Shown here: positions 1 through 8,164 of the stretch, piece by piece
Layout: each line of letters opens with the position of its first letter
Numbering within the stretch: the first letter of the stretch is position 1
Assembly: GCA_030065975.1 (NCBI GenBank)
Contig: JASJCN010000009.1
Location: forward strand, 47-64,046
Length of the DNA: 64,000 nt
Direction of reading: 5' to 3'
From: Myxococcota bacterium
GTDB lineage: Bacteria > Myxococcota_A > UBA9160 > UBA6930
Made by a program: the position numbers and the translations under genes
Notes under the pieces: generated by a model
What the model was told of the DNA's origin: nothing
The model's input: the letters and a program-made list of their open reading frames with translations, nothing else
Databases searched by the model: none

Positions 1-718
1 ACGCGCCGGCCTTGGACGAGAGGTAGATCGCCACGCCGGCCATGTCCTCGTCGGCGCCGATGCGACCGAGGGGACACGAGGCGGCGATCTGATCGCCGAA
101 CTGCTCGAGCGTCGCGGCCATCATCTTGCTCTGGAAGGGGCCCGGCGCCACGGCGTTCACGGTGACGGCTTCGCCCGCGAGCTTGCGCGCCATCACCCGG
201 GTCAGGTGGTGTACGGCGGCCTTGGACGACGAGTAGGCGTAGGTCTCGAGCATCGGGACCTGGATGCCGTCGATGCTTCCGATGTTGATCACCCGGGCCG
301 GCGGGCGCTCGGCCGCGGCCTTTCGCAGCAGCGGCAGCAGCTTCACCGTCAGGTGGAAGGGCCCCTTCACGTTGAGGGCCAGCACCTTGTCGAAGGCGTC
401 GTCCGGGTAGCTCTCGAGGGGCGCGCCCCAGTTGGCGCCGGCGTTGTTGACCAGGACGTCGACGCCGGAGAAGTGCTCTCCCACGGCGGCGGCCAGGGCG
501 GTGGCCCCGGCCTCGCTGCCGAGATCGGCCGGTATGCCGATGCACTCGCCGTGCTGCCCGAGGGTCTCGGCGGCCTCCTTGCAGGCGTCGGCCTTGCGCG
601 AAGCCACGATCACGGATGCGCCGTTCTCGACGAAGCCGCGCGCGATCATCATGCCGATGCCGCGCGTGCCGCCCGTGACCACGACTCGCTTGCCTTCGAC
701 CGAGAAGAGATCCTTCAC
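1..718 (-). CDS. Short-chain dehydrogenase/reductase (SDR) family oxidoreductase; C-terminal end runs off the left edge of the window
   Basis: Absent from the ORF track because it has no stop in the window. My minus-strand translation from GTG at 718 reads VKDLFSVEGKRVVVTGGTRGIGMMIARGF...NNAGANWGAPLESY...YSSSKAAVHHLT. This gives the TGxxxGIG Rossmann motif, NNAG and the YxxxK catalytic motif. GGAGG lies about 8 nt upstream of the GTG. Confidence 0.85.
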   Translation of the reverse strand, partial: MKDLFSVEGKRVVVTGGTRGIGMMIARGFVENGASVIVASRKADACKEAAETLGQHGECIGIPADLGSEAGATALAAAVGEHFSGVDVLVNNAGANWGAPLESYPDDAFDKVLALNVKGPFHLTVKLLPLLRKAAAERPPARVINIGSIDGIQVPMLETYAYSSSKAAVHHLTRVMARKLAGEAVTVNAVAPGPFQSKMMAATLEQFGDQIAASCPLGRIGADEDMAGVAIYLSSKAGA

Positions 719-842
719 CCGTCCGTCCTCCAGTGGAGCCAAAGGGCGACGAGCATAGCGCGGCCGACGGAGGAGCCGGCGGGGAAGGGGGAGGCCCGGG
801 GCGCCGGGCTCGACGCCCGGGCCTCCACGACGACGAATGGGA

Positions 843-1487
843 TCAGGAAGGCGCCATCGCGCGCTCTTCCTCGATCAGGCCCTTGAAGCTCGGGCGGGAG
901 TGGATCCGCTCGATGTAGGCGGCGAGCTTCGGCCAGCGGCCGGCATCGATGGTGCCCTGCCCGTGCGCGAAGTTGACGAACTGGGTGCCGACGCCGATGT
1001 CGGCGATCGAGTAGCGGTTGCCGACCAGATAGTCGTCGTCGCCGAGCGCGTTCTCCAGGTAGTCGAAGAAGGGCGGGAGCGTCTCGTTCAGGGCCTCGTC
1101 GATGCGGGCCTGGTCGGGCTCGCGCTGGAAGAAGGCCCTGGCCAGGAAGTTCTCCTGGAAGAGCGCCGCGGTGCCCTTGACGATGCCGTCGTCGGCGAAC
1201 TCCTCGTACCACACCGCCCGGGCGAGCTCGTAGGGATCGGTGGGATAGAGGGCCGGCTCGGGCACGGTCTTCTCCAGGTACAGCGAGATGGCCGAGGAGT
1301 CGGGGATGATCTTGCCGTCCTCCTCGTAGACCGGGATGCGGCCCTGGGGGTGCTTGGCCTTGTACTCGTCGGGAACTCCCATGGGCATCATCGGCTCGTG
1401 GTCGTACTCGAGACCCTTCTCGGCCAGGACGACCCGGACCTTCCGCACGTAGGGCGAGAGTCCGATTCCAATCAGCTTGCGATTCAT
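843..1487 (-). CDS. Glutathione S-transferase
   Basis: 214-aa track ORF. It has an N-terminal thioredoxin-like GST fold (SPYVRKVRVVLAEKGLEYD...GRIPVYEEDGKIIPDSSAI) and a helical C-terminal GST domain. Composition is normal, unlike the overlapping junk frames. Confidence 0.9.
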   Translation of the reverse strand: MNRKLIGIGLSPYVRKVRVVLAEKGLEYDHEPMMPMGVPDEYKAKHPQGRIPVYEEDGKIIPDSSAISLYLEKTVPEPALYPTDPYELARAVWYEEFADDGIVKGTAALFQENFLARAFFQREPDQARIDEALNETLPPFFDYLENALGDDDYLVGNRYSIADIGVGTQFVNFAHGQGTIDAGRWPKLAAYIERIHSRPSFKGLIEEERAMAPS

Positions 1488-2194
1488 GTGGGTTCTCCTT
1501 GCGGCTCGTGGGCCGCATCTTCGGGCGCAGACGAACGGGGGGCAGGAACCTCGAAGAGCTCGGGCAGGCGCGCGAGCGCCGACTCGTCTCCTTCGAAGGC
1601 GACATCGGGGTGGGCGAGCACGTCGTCCGCCGGGAGCGCGCGACTCAGGAAGCCGAGCAGCAGGAGCACGGGCGCGCGCAGGACGGCATGGGGCTCGGCA
1701 ACGGGCTCGAGCCGGGTGCCACTCTCGCCGCCGCGCAGCTCGAGGATCTCCGGCTCCGGCGCGGGCCCGAGAACGACGAGACGAAAGCCCAGGTCCGGCG
1801 TCGGGTGGGGAGACGCGAAGGCCCGCAGGCCGAGGCGCATCCAGTCCGCCTCGACGTGATCGTCCGGGCGCGGGGCGTCGAGGAAGCGCGCTCCCCAGCG
1901 CGTGAGCTCGAGCAGCGCCGGCTCGAGCCCGCGGCCGGCGTCGGTGAGCTCGTAGACGCTCGCGGAGGCCGGGGGCGGCAGGGTGCGTCGTCGCACCAGG
2001 CCCTGGGATTCGAGCCCGGCCAGGCGCTCGGTCAGCACGCTCGAGGAGAGCGACCCGCCCATGCGCCGGCGCAGGTCGCTGAAGCGCTGGGGCCCGGTCA
2101 TCAGCTCCCGGAGCAGCGGAATCGACCAGCGGGGGCCCAGGACCTCCGCGGCGCGAGCCAGCGGGCAGAACTGGGGGTAGCGGAATCCGTCCAC
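1484..2194 (-). CDS. HxlR-family winged-helix transcriptional regulator with C-terminal extension
   Basis: Only the last 236 codons of the 1047-aa track ORF look real. FCPLARAAEVLGPRWSIPLLRELMTGPQRFSDLRR...LTERLAGLESQGLVRR is the HxlR signature. The start is assigned to GTG at 2194 by codon counting from the stop. The upstream ~800 codons are antisense to the MFS gene. Confidence 0.8.
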   Translation of the reverse strand: MDGFRYPQFCPLARAAEVLGPRWSIPLLRELMTGPQRFSDLRRRMGGSLSSSVLTERLAGLESQGLVRRRTLPPPASASVYELTDAGRGLEPALLELTRWGARFLDAPRPDDHVEADWMRLGLRAFASPHPTPDLGFRLVVLGPAPEPEILELRGGESGTRLEPVAEPHAVLRAPVLLLLGFLSRALPADDVLAHPDVAFEGDESALARLPELFEVPAPRSSAPEDAAHEPQGEPT

Positions 2195-2232
2195 GGATCG
2201 GGACGTTATCTCATCGACTTCGGAAAAACAAC

Positions 2233-2250
2233 CGAAAAGTTCGATTTTCG
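2233..2250. promoter_or_regulatory. Inverted repeat CGAAAA-gttcga-TTTTCG in an AT-rich island between divergent hxlR-like and PEP-CTERM genes; candidate operator
   Basis: The sequence cgaaaagttcgattttcg was read directly. It lies in the only AT-rich patch (about 2205-2255) of the 264-bp divergent intergenic region. Confidence 0.35.
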
Positions 2251-2458
2251 AATCTGTGCTCGTCCGACCCCGCCCCCACCAGGCTGGTCTGGCGGGCAGC
2301 ACGAAGAGGGCAGGAGCGGAGGCCGGACGAACGAGGAGGGCTTCGTCGGCCAGCAGGGGGCGGATGCATCCACACCCCGTCGCGACACAAACGCATCTCC
2401 CGAACCACACAGTCTCGGCGGGTAGTACGCGACGAGAACCCTCACCAGGAGCCCCTTC

Positions 2459-3094
2459 GTGTTGCGATCTCTCTTCCTCCTCCCCTTGCTCGGCCTCATG
2501 CTGTCGACGCCCAGCTTCGCGACCCCTGTCGCGGCCAGCGGAGCGACCGAGCTGTACGTGAGCTCCCTCGACACCCTCGAGGGCGGCCTGGGCCTCACGG
2601 TCGCGCCCCTCGGGCCGACGTCGGCATTCCAGCCGCCCACGCTTCCGAGCCCGTTCCTGTTCCTCCCGATCACGGCCTTCGACTCGGTGGAAGACCAGGT
2701 CCTGCACGAGGGGGTCGGGCTCTCGCTCGCCGCCGGCGGCAACTCGGTCGCACTCGAGAACTTCATCGTCGATCGTGACGATCTCGTGATCCTCGCCGAC
2801 GTTTCGGTGAACGGAGGCCTCGCCGCCAGCGACGCGCCGGTCTTCGACCTGGTCGACTGCGCGGTCGGCGGGGGCTGCCTGGGCCTCGACGGCGTGCTCT
2901 CCCTCGACGGGCTGGGCCTCGAGCTCTCTTCGGTGGCAGCGGACGTGCTCTTCGACGTGTTCGGCGTGCCCGGCCTCGAAGACACCCCGATCGGCGTGGC
3001 CAACGTCCACCTGCTCGTGGCCGCCGAGCCTTCGGTGCTGCTCCTCGGCGCCGGCCTGGCGGGCCTGCTCGTCTTCGGCCGCCGACGGGCCTAG
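2459..3094 (+). CDS. Secreted protein with C-terminal PEP-CTERM-like sorting signal
   Basis: N-terminal signal peptide (MLRSLFLLPLLGLMLSTPSFA). The C-terminus AEPSVLLLGAGLAGLLVFGRRRA has a (P)EP motif, a TM helix and an Arg cluster. GTG start with AGGAG about 10 nt upstream. Confidence 0.7.
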   Translation: MLRSLFLLPLLGLMLSTPSFATPVAASGATELYVSSLDTLEGGLGLTVAPLGPTSAFQPPTLPSPFLFLPITAFDSVEDQVLHEGVGLSLAAGGNSVALENFIVDRDDLVILADVSVNGGLAASDAPVFDLVDCAVGGGCLGLDGVLSLDGLGLELSSVAADVLFDVFGVPGLEDTPIGVANVHLLVAAEPSVLLLGAGLAGLLVFGRRRA

Positions 3095-3127
3095 CCGCAC
3101 GGCACTCCAGGTGGCCCGGCCCGGGGA

Positions 3128-4612
3128 ATGCCCCGGCCGGGCCACTCGTGCGTGGACGTGCCACCATGCGCGGAAGTGAGCGCGCCGCACCCGCCGCCGT
3201 CCCAGAGCCTCGAGCCGGCCTCCCGGAGTACGCGGCGAACGGGCCTCTCCCTCGGCCAGACCCTGGTCTACGGCTCGGGCAACTTCGCCTTCGCGCTGCT
3301 CGGGCTCGTCGTCGCCGTCAACCTGCAGTTCTTCTACACGGACTACGTCGGGCTCACCGCCGGCCTGGTCTCCTGGTCGCTGCTCTTCGCGCGGCTCTTC
3401 GACGGCATCACGGATCCCGTGATGGCCTGGCTCTCCGACCGCGCGCGCACGCGCCTCGGACGGCGGCGGCCCTTCATCCTCGGCGCGGCGATTCCGCTGG
3501 GCTTCGCCTTCTACTTCCTCTTCACCCCGCCGGATCTCGCGAACCCCGAGCAGCGCCAGGGCACCCTGCTGCTCTACATGCTGAGCTTCTACGTCGCGAC
3601 GTACGCGATCTGGACCATCGGCGCGATTCCGTACTTCAGCCTCGGCGCCGAGCTCACCGACGACTACCAGGAGCGCACCCGGGTGATCGCGGTGCGCGAG
3701 GGCTGGGCGCTCTCGGGCCTGCTGGCCGCGACGATCCTCCCGGCCTGGCTGATCCACACCTACGGCGGACGCGACGGCTACTCGTTCATGGGCGCGATCC
3801 TGGGCGGCGGAACGGCGCTCTTCCTGCTCGTCTCCGGTGCTTTCGTGAAGGAACGCCCGGAGTTCCAGGGGCGCGAGTCGATGAGTCCCTTCGCCGGCTG
3901 GGCCGCGACCCTCGCGAACCCCCATTTCCGTCGGGTGCTGCCGCCCTTCGCCCTCTCGGCGATCGCCGGCGCCGTCCCGGCCGTCCTGATCATCTACGTC
4001 TCGGTCTACATCATCGGGACGCCCGAGTGGTGGGCCGAGGCGATCCCCGGCTGGCTCCCCACCTGGTCCTACTACCTGCTGGTCTACTTCACCTCCGGCG
4101 TGATCTCCCTGCCGCTCTGGAACTGGATGTCCGGCCGCTTCGGCAAGCGCACGACCTGGGGCGTGGCCATCGCGCTGGCGACGGTGACCAGCGCCGCCTG
4201 TGCCGCCCTCGACGAGGGACGCGTGCTCTACTTCACCGTGCTGCTGGTGTTCGGTGGCGCGAGCTTCGGCAACTACCTGTCGCTTCCCGCCTCGATCGTG
4301 GCGGACCTGATCGACTACGACGAGGTCGTGACCGGGCGGCGCCGGGAGGCCTCGTACTTCGCGATCTGGGCCTTCGCGACCAAGTTCGGCAACGCCTTCA
4401 CCGGCTTCGCGGCGCTGCAGGTGCTCGAGGCGGTGGGCTACGTGCCGGGCCAGCCACAGACCGAGACGGTCAAGCTGTGGATGGTGGCCATGTACTCCTG
4501 GTTCCCGGCGCTCTTCTACCTGCTGTCGGGGCTCTCGCTCATGCGCTTCCGCTTCACGCGCGACGACCTGCACGCGGCCCAGCAGCGGATCGGACGGGCC
4601 GCGGCGGGCTAG
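3128..4612 (+). CDS. MFS transporter, glycoside-pentoside-hexuronide (GPH)/MelB-like symporter family
   Basis: 494-aa ORF with multiple TM helices. Contains the GPH-type motif FYTDYVGL...LFARLFDGITDPVMAWLSDRARTRLGRRRPF. The true start may lie somewhat downstream of 3128. Confidence 0.85.
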   Translation: MPRPGHSCVDVPPCAEVSAPHPPPSQSLEPASRSTRRTGLSLGQTLVYGSGNFAFALLGLVVAVNLQFFYTDYVGLTAGLVSWSLLFARLFDGITDPVMAWLSDRARTRLGRRRPFILGAAIPLGFAFYFLFTPPDLANPEQRQGTLLLYMLSFYVATYAIWTIGAIPYFSLGAELTDDYQERTRVIAVREGWALSGLLAATILPAWLIHTYGGRDGYSFMGAILGGGTALFLLVSGAFVKERPEFQGRESMSPFAGWAATLANPHFRRVLPPFALSAIAGAVPAVLIIYVSVYIIGTPEWWAEAIPGWLPTWSYYLLVYFTSGVISLPLWNWMSGRFGKRTTWGVAIALATVTSAACAALDEGRVLYFTVLLVFGGASFGNYLSLPASIVADLIDYDEVVTGRRREASYFAIWAFATKFGNAFTGFAALQVLEAVGYVPGQPQTETVKLWMVAMYSWFPALFYLLSGLSLMRFRFTRDDLHAAQQRIGRAAAG

Positions 4613-4693
4613 GGAAGCTCTGCACATGGCTCTCTACACGGACCGTCGGGGCTCGACAGTGGCGTGTAGTCGACATCGGCAGAGCTTCCCTGG
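4609..4693 (+). mobile_element. MITE-like palindromic repeat element, copy 1 (termini CTAGGGAAGCTCTGC ... GCAGAGCTTCCCTGG)
   Basis: The 12-bp perfect terminal inverted repeat GGGAAGCTCTGC/GCAGAGCTTCCC encloses about 55 nt with an internal CTACACG...CGTGTAG inverted repeat. The same element is seen at 26736-26820 and, inverted, at 58911-58995. No coding capacity. Confidence 0.8.
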
Positions 4694-4698
4694 CGGAG

Positions 4699-5253
4699 CT
4701 AGTTGATGCCGCGGGTCCCGACGAGGGTGGCCGGCTCGATGCCCAGGCTGCGCACGGCCGCGGACCAGAGGTCGTCGCGATCGGTGTCGAACACGAGCGG
4801 GTGCGACACGGGGACCACCAGCCAGGCGCCCTCGGCGATCTCGCTCTCGAGCTGGCCGGGGCCCCAGCCGGCGTAGCCCAGGAGGACGCGCAGCTGCTCG
4901 GGCGGCCGCGCCGCGGCGTCGCGCAAGACGTCCTGGGAGCGGCTGTAGCGGATGCCCGGCGCGACGCGTTCGGCATCCAGATCGTCGGGTGCCCCGTCGC
5001 CGAGCAGCACCCAACCGTGCTCGGGGTCGACCGGACCGCCCCAATCGACGCGCGCCTCCTCCGAGCCGTTCCAGCGCATGTCGATGCTCTCGCAGAGCAC
5101 CTCGACGGGAACGTCGGTGGCGCGGTTGAGCACCAGGCCGACGGCTTCGTCTTCCCCGTGGTGCAGCATCAGGACCACGCTGCGCCGGAAGTTCGGGTCG
5201 ACGACGGATTCCATGGCGACGAGCAGCGCCGGCGCAAGGGGGGTGGCGGTCAC
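4699..5253 (-). CDS. YqgE/AlgH family protein (UPF0301)
   Basis: 184 aa. DPNFRRSVVLMLHHGEDEAVGLVLNR...GGPV...LLGYAGWGPGQLESEI is the typical AlgH/YqgE pattern. Confidence 0.9.
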   Translation of the reverse strand: MTATPLAPALLVAMESVVDPNFRRSVVLMLHHGEDEAVGLVLNRATDVPVEVLCESIDMRWNGSEEARVDWGGPVDPEHGWVLLGDGAPDDLDAERVAPGIRYSRSQDVLRDAAARPPEQLRVLLGYAGWGPGQLESEIAEGAWLVVPVSHPLVFDTDRDDLWSAAVRSLGIEPATLVGTRGIN

Positions 5254-5297
5254 TGCCCGAAGGTAGCAGCGGCGCCGGGTGCGCGTACCCTGGCGGC

Positions 5298-6122
5298 ATG
5301 AGTCGCACTCTCGCCGCCACGCTGGTTCTCGCTGCGAGCGTGGCCATCCCGCCGGGCGTGGCGAGTCTCGCGCCCGCCGAGAGCGCGAACGCCGTACTCT
5401 GGCTCGGCCTGCTCGTGCAGCTCGGCTGGCTCGGCCTGGCGCTCGGCGGTGGGCTCCTCACCGAGCAGCCGATCCCGGTCGCGATGGGATGGGTGCGCGG
5501 GCGACTCCCCGCCCTCGCCTGGCTTCCGGCAATGCTCGGGTTCCTGCTGGCGTCGGCCGGCGTGCATCAGCTGCTGGTGGAGCTCGAGCTCCGGGACCTG
5601 GGACAGCTCGCGGAGATCGACCGCTCGTTGCGCGACAGTCGTCCGAGCGCTCCCTGGCTCGCGCCCCTCGTCGCCGGCCTGCTTCCCGGTCTCGCCGAGG
5701 AGACGCTCTTCCGGGGCTTCGTGCTCGGGCGACTGCGTCGCGTGACGGGGCCGCTGCTCGCGGTCGTCGTCTCCGCGGCGGCGTTCGGCGTCGTGCACTA
5801 CGACTGGATCCACGGGGGCGCGGCGTTCGTCCTGGGCCTCTACCTCGGAACCCTGGCGCTCCTCTCGCGCAGCATCTGGCCCTGCGTGCTGGCCCATGCG
5901 GGCAACAACCTGATGGGCGTGATCGCCATCCAATCCGCCCCCGGAGCCGAGGCGACCGGCGTGGCGCTGCACCCCGCCTGGGCCCTCGGGCTCTCGGCCC
6001 TGCTCCTCTTGGGTACGGCGCTCTTTGTCCGTCGGCGGGAGCGGCATCGGAGCCTGCGCGGGGAGCCCCCGGCGCCGCCCCTGGGCGAGACGCTCGATCC
6101 GGAACATCCGGGGGATCGATAA
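5298..6122 (+). CDS. CPBP family intramembrane glutamic endopeptidase (CAAX protease/Abi-like)
   Basis: Polytopic membrane protein with EETLFRG, FGVVH and HAGNN motifs in the expected order. Confidence 0.85.
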   Translation: MSRTLAATLVLAASVAIPPGVASLAPAESANAVLWLGLLVQLGWLGLALGGGLLTEQPIPVAMGWVRGRLPALAWLPAMLGFLLASAGVHQLLVELELRDLGQLAEIDRSLRDSRPSAPWLAPLVAGLLPGLAEETLFRGFVLGRLRRVTGPLLAVVVSAAAFGVVHYDWIHGGAAFVLGLYLGTLALLSRSIWPCVLAHAGNNLMGVIAIQSAPGAEATGVALHPAWALGLSALLLLGTALFVRRRERHRSLRGEPPAPPLGETLDPEHPGDR

Positions 6123-6152
6123 AGCCGGCCGGGCGATTCGCCGACGGACCCT

Positions 6153-7286
6153 GTGCACCTGTGTGCGGAGGCCCCGGTGAGCAGCCCCATTCTCCTGGTC
6201 GACGACGGTGAGCTCGAGGACGTGCGCCTCCTGCTCGCCGAGCTCGGACTCCCCTTCACCCATCTTCGGGGCGGCGCGATCCCGGACGAGTGCGAGCGGC
6301 CGGAGAAGCTCTTCGTCGCGAGCCCGCGGCGAAGCGCCCTGGCTGCAGAGTGGCCGCAGGACGCGGACGGCCCGTCCCTGGTCTGCATCAGCGCCGAGGA
6401 CTCGAACGCCCTGCGCGATCAGCTCCGGACGCGTGGCTTCCACTTTCTCGTGCGGCGTCCCATCCACAGCTACGCCCTGCGGCTGGTGTTGATCCGCGCG
6501 CTCTACGGCGGCAGCGAGAAGCGGGAAGAGGAGCGCGTGGTCGTGGGCCAGGAGGTCGAGGTGCGCGCCGGGACCCGGGCCGGCCGCATGCTGCTCGTCG
6601 ACCTGTCGACGCGCGGATGCCGGCTGGTGGGCGACCAGCCGCTGACCGAAGGCTCGCGCGTCACCGTGCTGATCCCCGCCAGCCTCGCCTGCGGCGAGCC
6701 CCTCGGCCTGCGCGCCAAGGTGGTCCGCTGCGATCCCGTCGGGCGCGGCCACCACGATGCCGCTCTGGCCCTCGAAGATCCGTCGGAGAGCGTGCAGGAG
6801 CGCCTCGAAGGTGCGGTGGCCCAGCTCCGCGAGCGGAACCAGGCGGCGGAGGGGGCCGCGGCGAGCGCGCTCCCGGCCGCCGGCCCCGCCTCGGACGATC
6901 GCCGCAAGCACCGCCGGGTCGCCTTCGACGGGACCGTCCACGAGCAGGGCGACGCCGAGCGGACCGTGCTGGGTCGCGACCTCTCGATGGGGGGCATGCG
7001 GATCGGGCCGCGGGCCGATCTGTCCGTGGGCGACACGCTGCGCCTCGCGGTCTACGCGGAGCCCGGTGGGGAGCCCTTCGAGGTGGCTGCCGAGGTGGTG
7101 CGCGACGACGGCGACGGGGGCATGGCCCTGCGCTTCACCGCTCTCGACCCGGCGGTGGCAGCGCGCATGGAGGCCCTGGTCGGCGAGCTGCCGGGCATCG
7201 AGGCGCTGGATGCCGGCGAATCCGCGGGCCTCGGCGCCGTGGTGTCCGAGATCCTGGAGCGCGAGGGCGGTCTCGAGGACGACTGA
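6153..7286 (+). CDS. PilZ domain-containing protein (two PilZ-like modules after a receiver-like N-terminus)
   Basis: RRKHRRVAFDG...RDLSMGGMRI matches the RxxxR...D/NxSxxG c-di-GMP binding signature. An earlier degenerate module is EKREEERVVV...VDLSTRGCRL. The start could instead be the GTG near 6177 (VSSPILLVDD). Confidence 0.8.
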   Translation: MHLCAEAPVSSPILLVDDGELEDVRLLLAELGLPFTHLRGGAIPDECERPEKLFVASPRRSALAAEWPQDADGPSLVCISAEDSNALRDQLRTRGFHFLVRRPIHSYALRLVLIRALYGGSEKREEERVVVGQEVEVRAGTRAGRMLLVDLSTRGCRLVGDQPLTEGSRVTVLIPASLACGEPLGLRAKVVRCDPVGRGHHDAALALEDPSESVQERLEGAVAQLRERNQAAEGAAASALPAAGPASDDRRKHRRVAFDGTVHEQGDAERTVLGRDLSMGGMRIGPRADLSVGDTLRLAVYAEPGGEPFEVAAEVVRDDGDGGMALRFTALDPAVAARMEALVGELPGIEALDAGESAGLGAVVSEILEREGGLEDD

Positions 7287-7348
7287 CGGGTGCCGGCCGG
7301 CCGATGCTGCCGGAACCTGCGCAGTCAATCCTCACGCAAGGCTCACGC

Positions 7349-8164
7349 ATGGCGAGCCGCTACGCGGCTCTGCGGGAGCGGCCGCGGGCTAGAATCCCCT
7401 CGATGGCGATGGATGCGGACGCGACGCTGATCCAGGCCTTCGATCGCCTGAGCACCGGCGTACTCGTTCTGGACGCCCAGGGGCGGGTGGTCCGCGCCAA
7501 TCCCCTGGCCGTCGCGATGCTCGACTCCTGCCCCGAGCTCTCGCTCGTGGACGAGCGTCTGGTCGCCACCAGCGCCGAGGTCGCGGACGCGATCGACGAC
7601 CGGATCCGCACCGTCACCCGTGTGCAGCCGATCCCCGCCCCGGCGAACGGAACCAACGGTCACGCTGCGAACGGCACCGCGAACGGGAAGAACGGCAGGC
7701 GCGGCAAGCCCGTGAACAGCGGCGACGCGGAGTTCCTCAAGCTGCTCGGCGACGAGCCGCACCAGACCCTGCTGCTGCGCTTCGTGCCGTCGAATCCAGA
7801 GCGGTCGGAACCGCGGCCGGTCGTCGAGCCCACGCGGCGCGACGCTCTCGTGTTCCTGAGCGACGGCCGCTCGGCCGTGGATCGCGAGGCGCTGCGCCAC
7901 GTGCACGGTCTGACCCGGGCGGAGGCCCAGCTCGCGTCCGGACTCGTCGCCGGCCTCAACCTCGCCGAGGCCGCGGCCAGTCGGGGCGTCGAGATCGAGA
8001 CGACGCGAACCCAGCTCAAATCGGTGCTGCGCAAGGTGGGCGCGCGCAGTCAGGCGGACCTCGTGCGCCAGCTGCTGACCGGCGTGGCACGGGTGAGCGA
8101 GCCCACCCTGGCCGAAGAGCCGAATTGCGCCCGGCAACAGGCCCGACGGCAGGCCGGTTCCTAG
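7349..8164 (+). CDS. LuxR/FixJ-type helix-turn-helix transcriptional regulator with PAS-like N-terminal region
   Basis: C-terminal part of the 624-aa track ORF. LTRAEAQLASGLVAGLNLAEAAASRGVEIETTRTQLKSVLRKVGARSQADLV is a LuxR-type HTH. In-frame ATG starts at 7349 or 7403. The upstream part of the track ORF overlaps the PilZ gene in another frame and is junk. Confidence 0.75.
   Translation: MASRYAALRERPRARIPSMAMDADATLIQAFDRLSTGVLVLDAQGRVVRANPLAVAMLDSCPELSLVDERLVATSAEVADAIDDRIRTVTRVQPIPAPANGTNGHAANGTANGKNGRRGKPVNSGDAEFLKLLGDEPHQTLLLRFVPSNPERSEPRPVVEPTRRDALVFLSDGRSAVDREALRHVHGLTRAEAQLASGLVAGLNLAEAAASRGVEIETTRTQLKSVLRKVGARSQADLVRQLLTGVARVSEPTLAEEPNCARQQARRQAGS

Noticed and set aside
2195-4627. N-terminal ~800 codons of the 1047-aa minus-strand ORF (1484..4627), the longest-looking gene at the left of the window
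   Set aside because: The composition is Arg/Gly/Ala/Glu/His junk, and it lies exactly antisense to the well-supported MFS transporter and PEP-CTERM genes. Only the last 236 codons (the HxlR regulator) are credible. This is the typical stop-codon-poor antisense frame of GC-rich DNA.
6290-7348. N-terminal 353 codons of the 624-aa plus-strand ORF 6290..8164
   Set aside because: It overlaps the PilZ gene in a different frame with poly-Arg/Gly/Pro composition. Only the portion from 7349 (or 7403) onward shows LuxR-type features.
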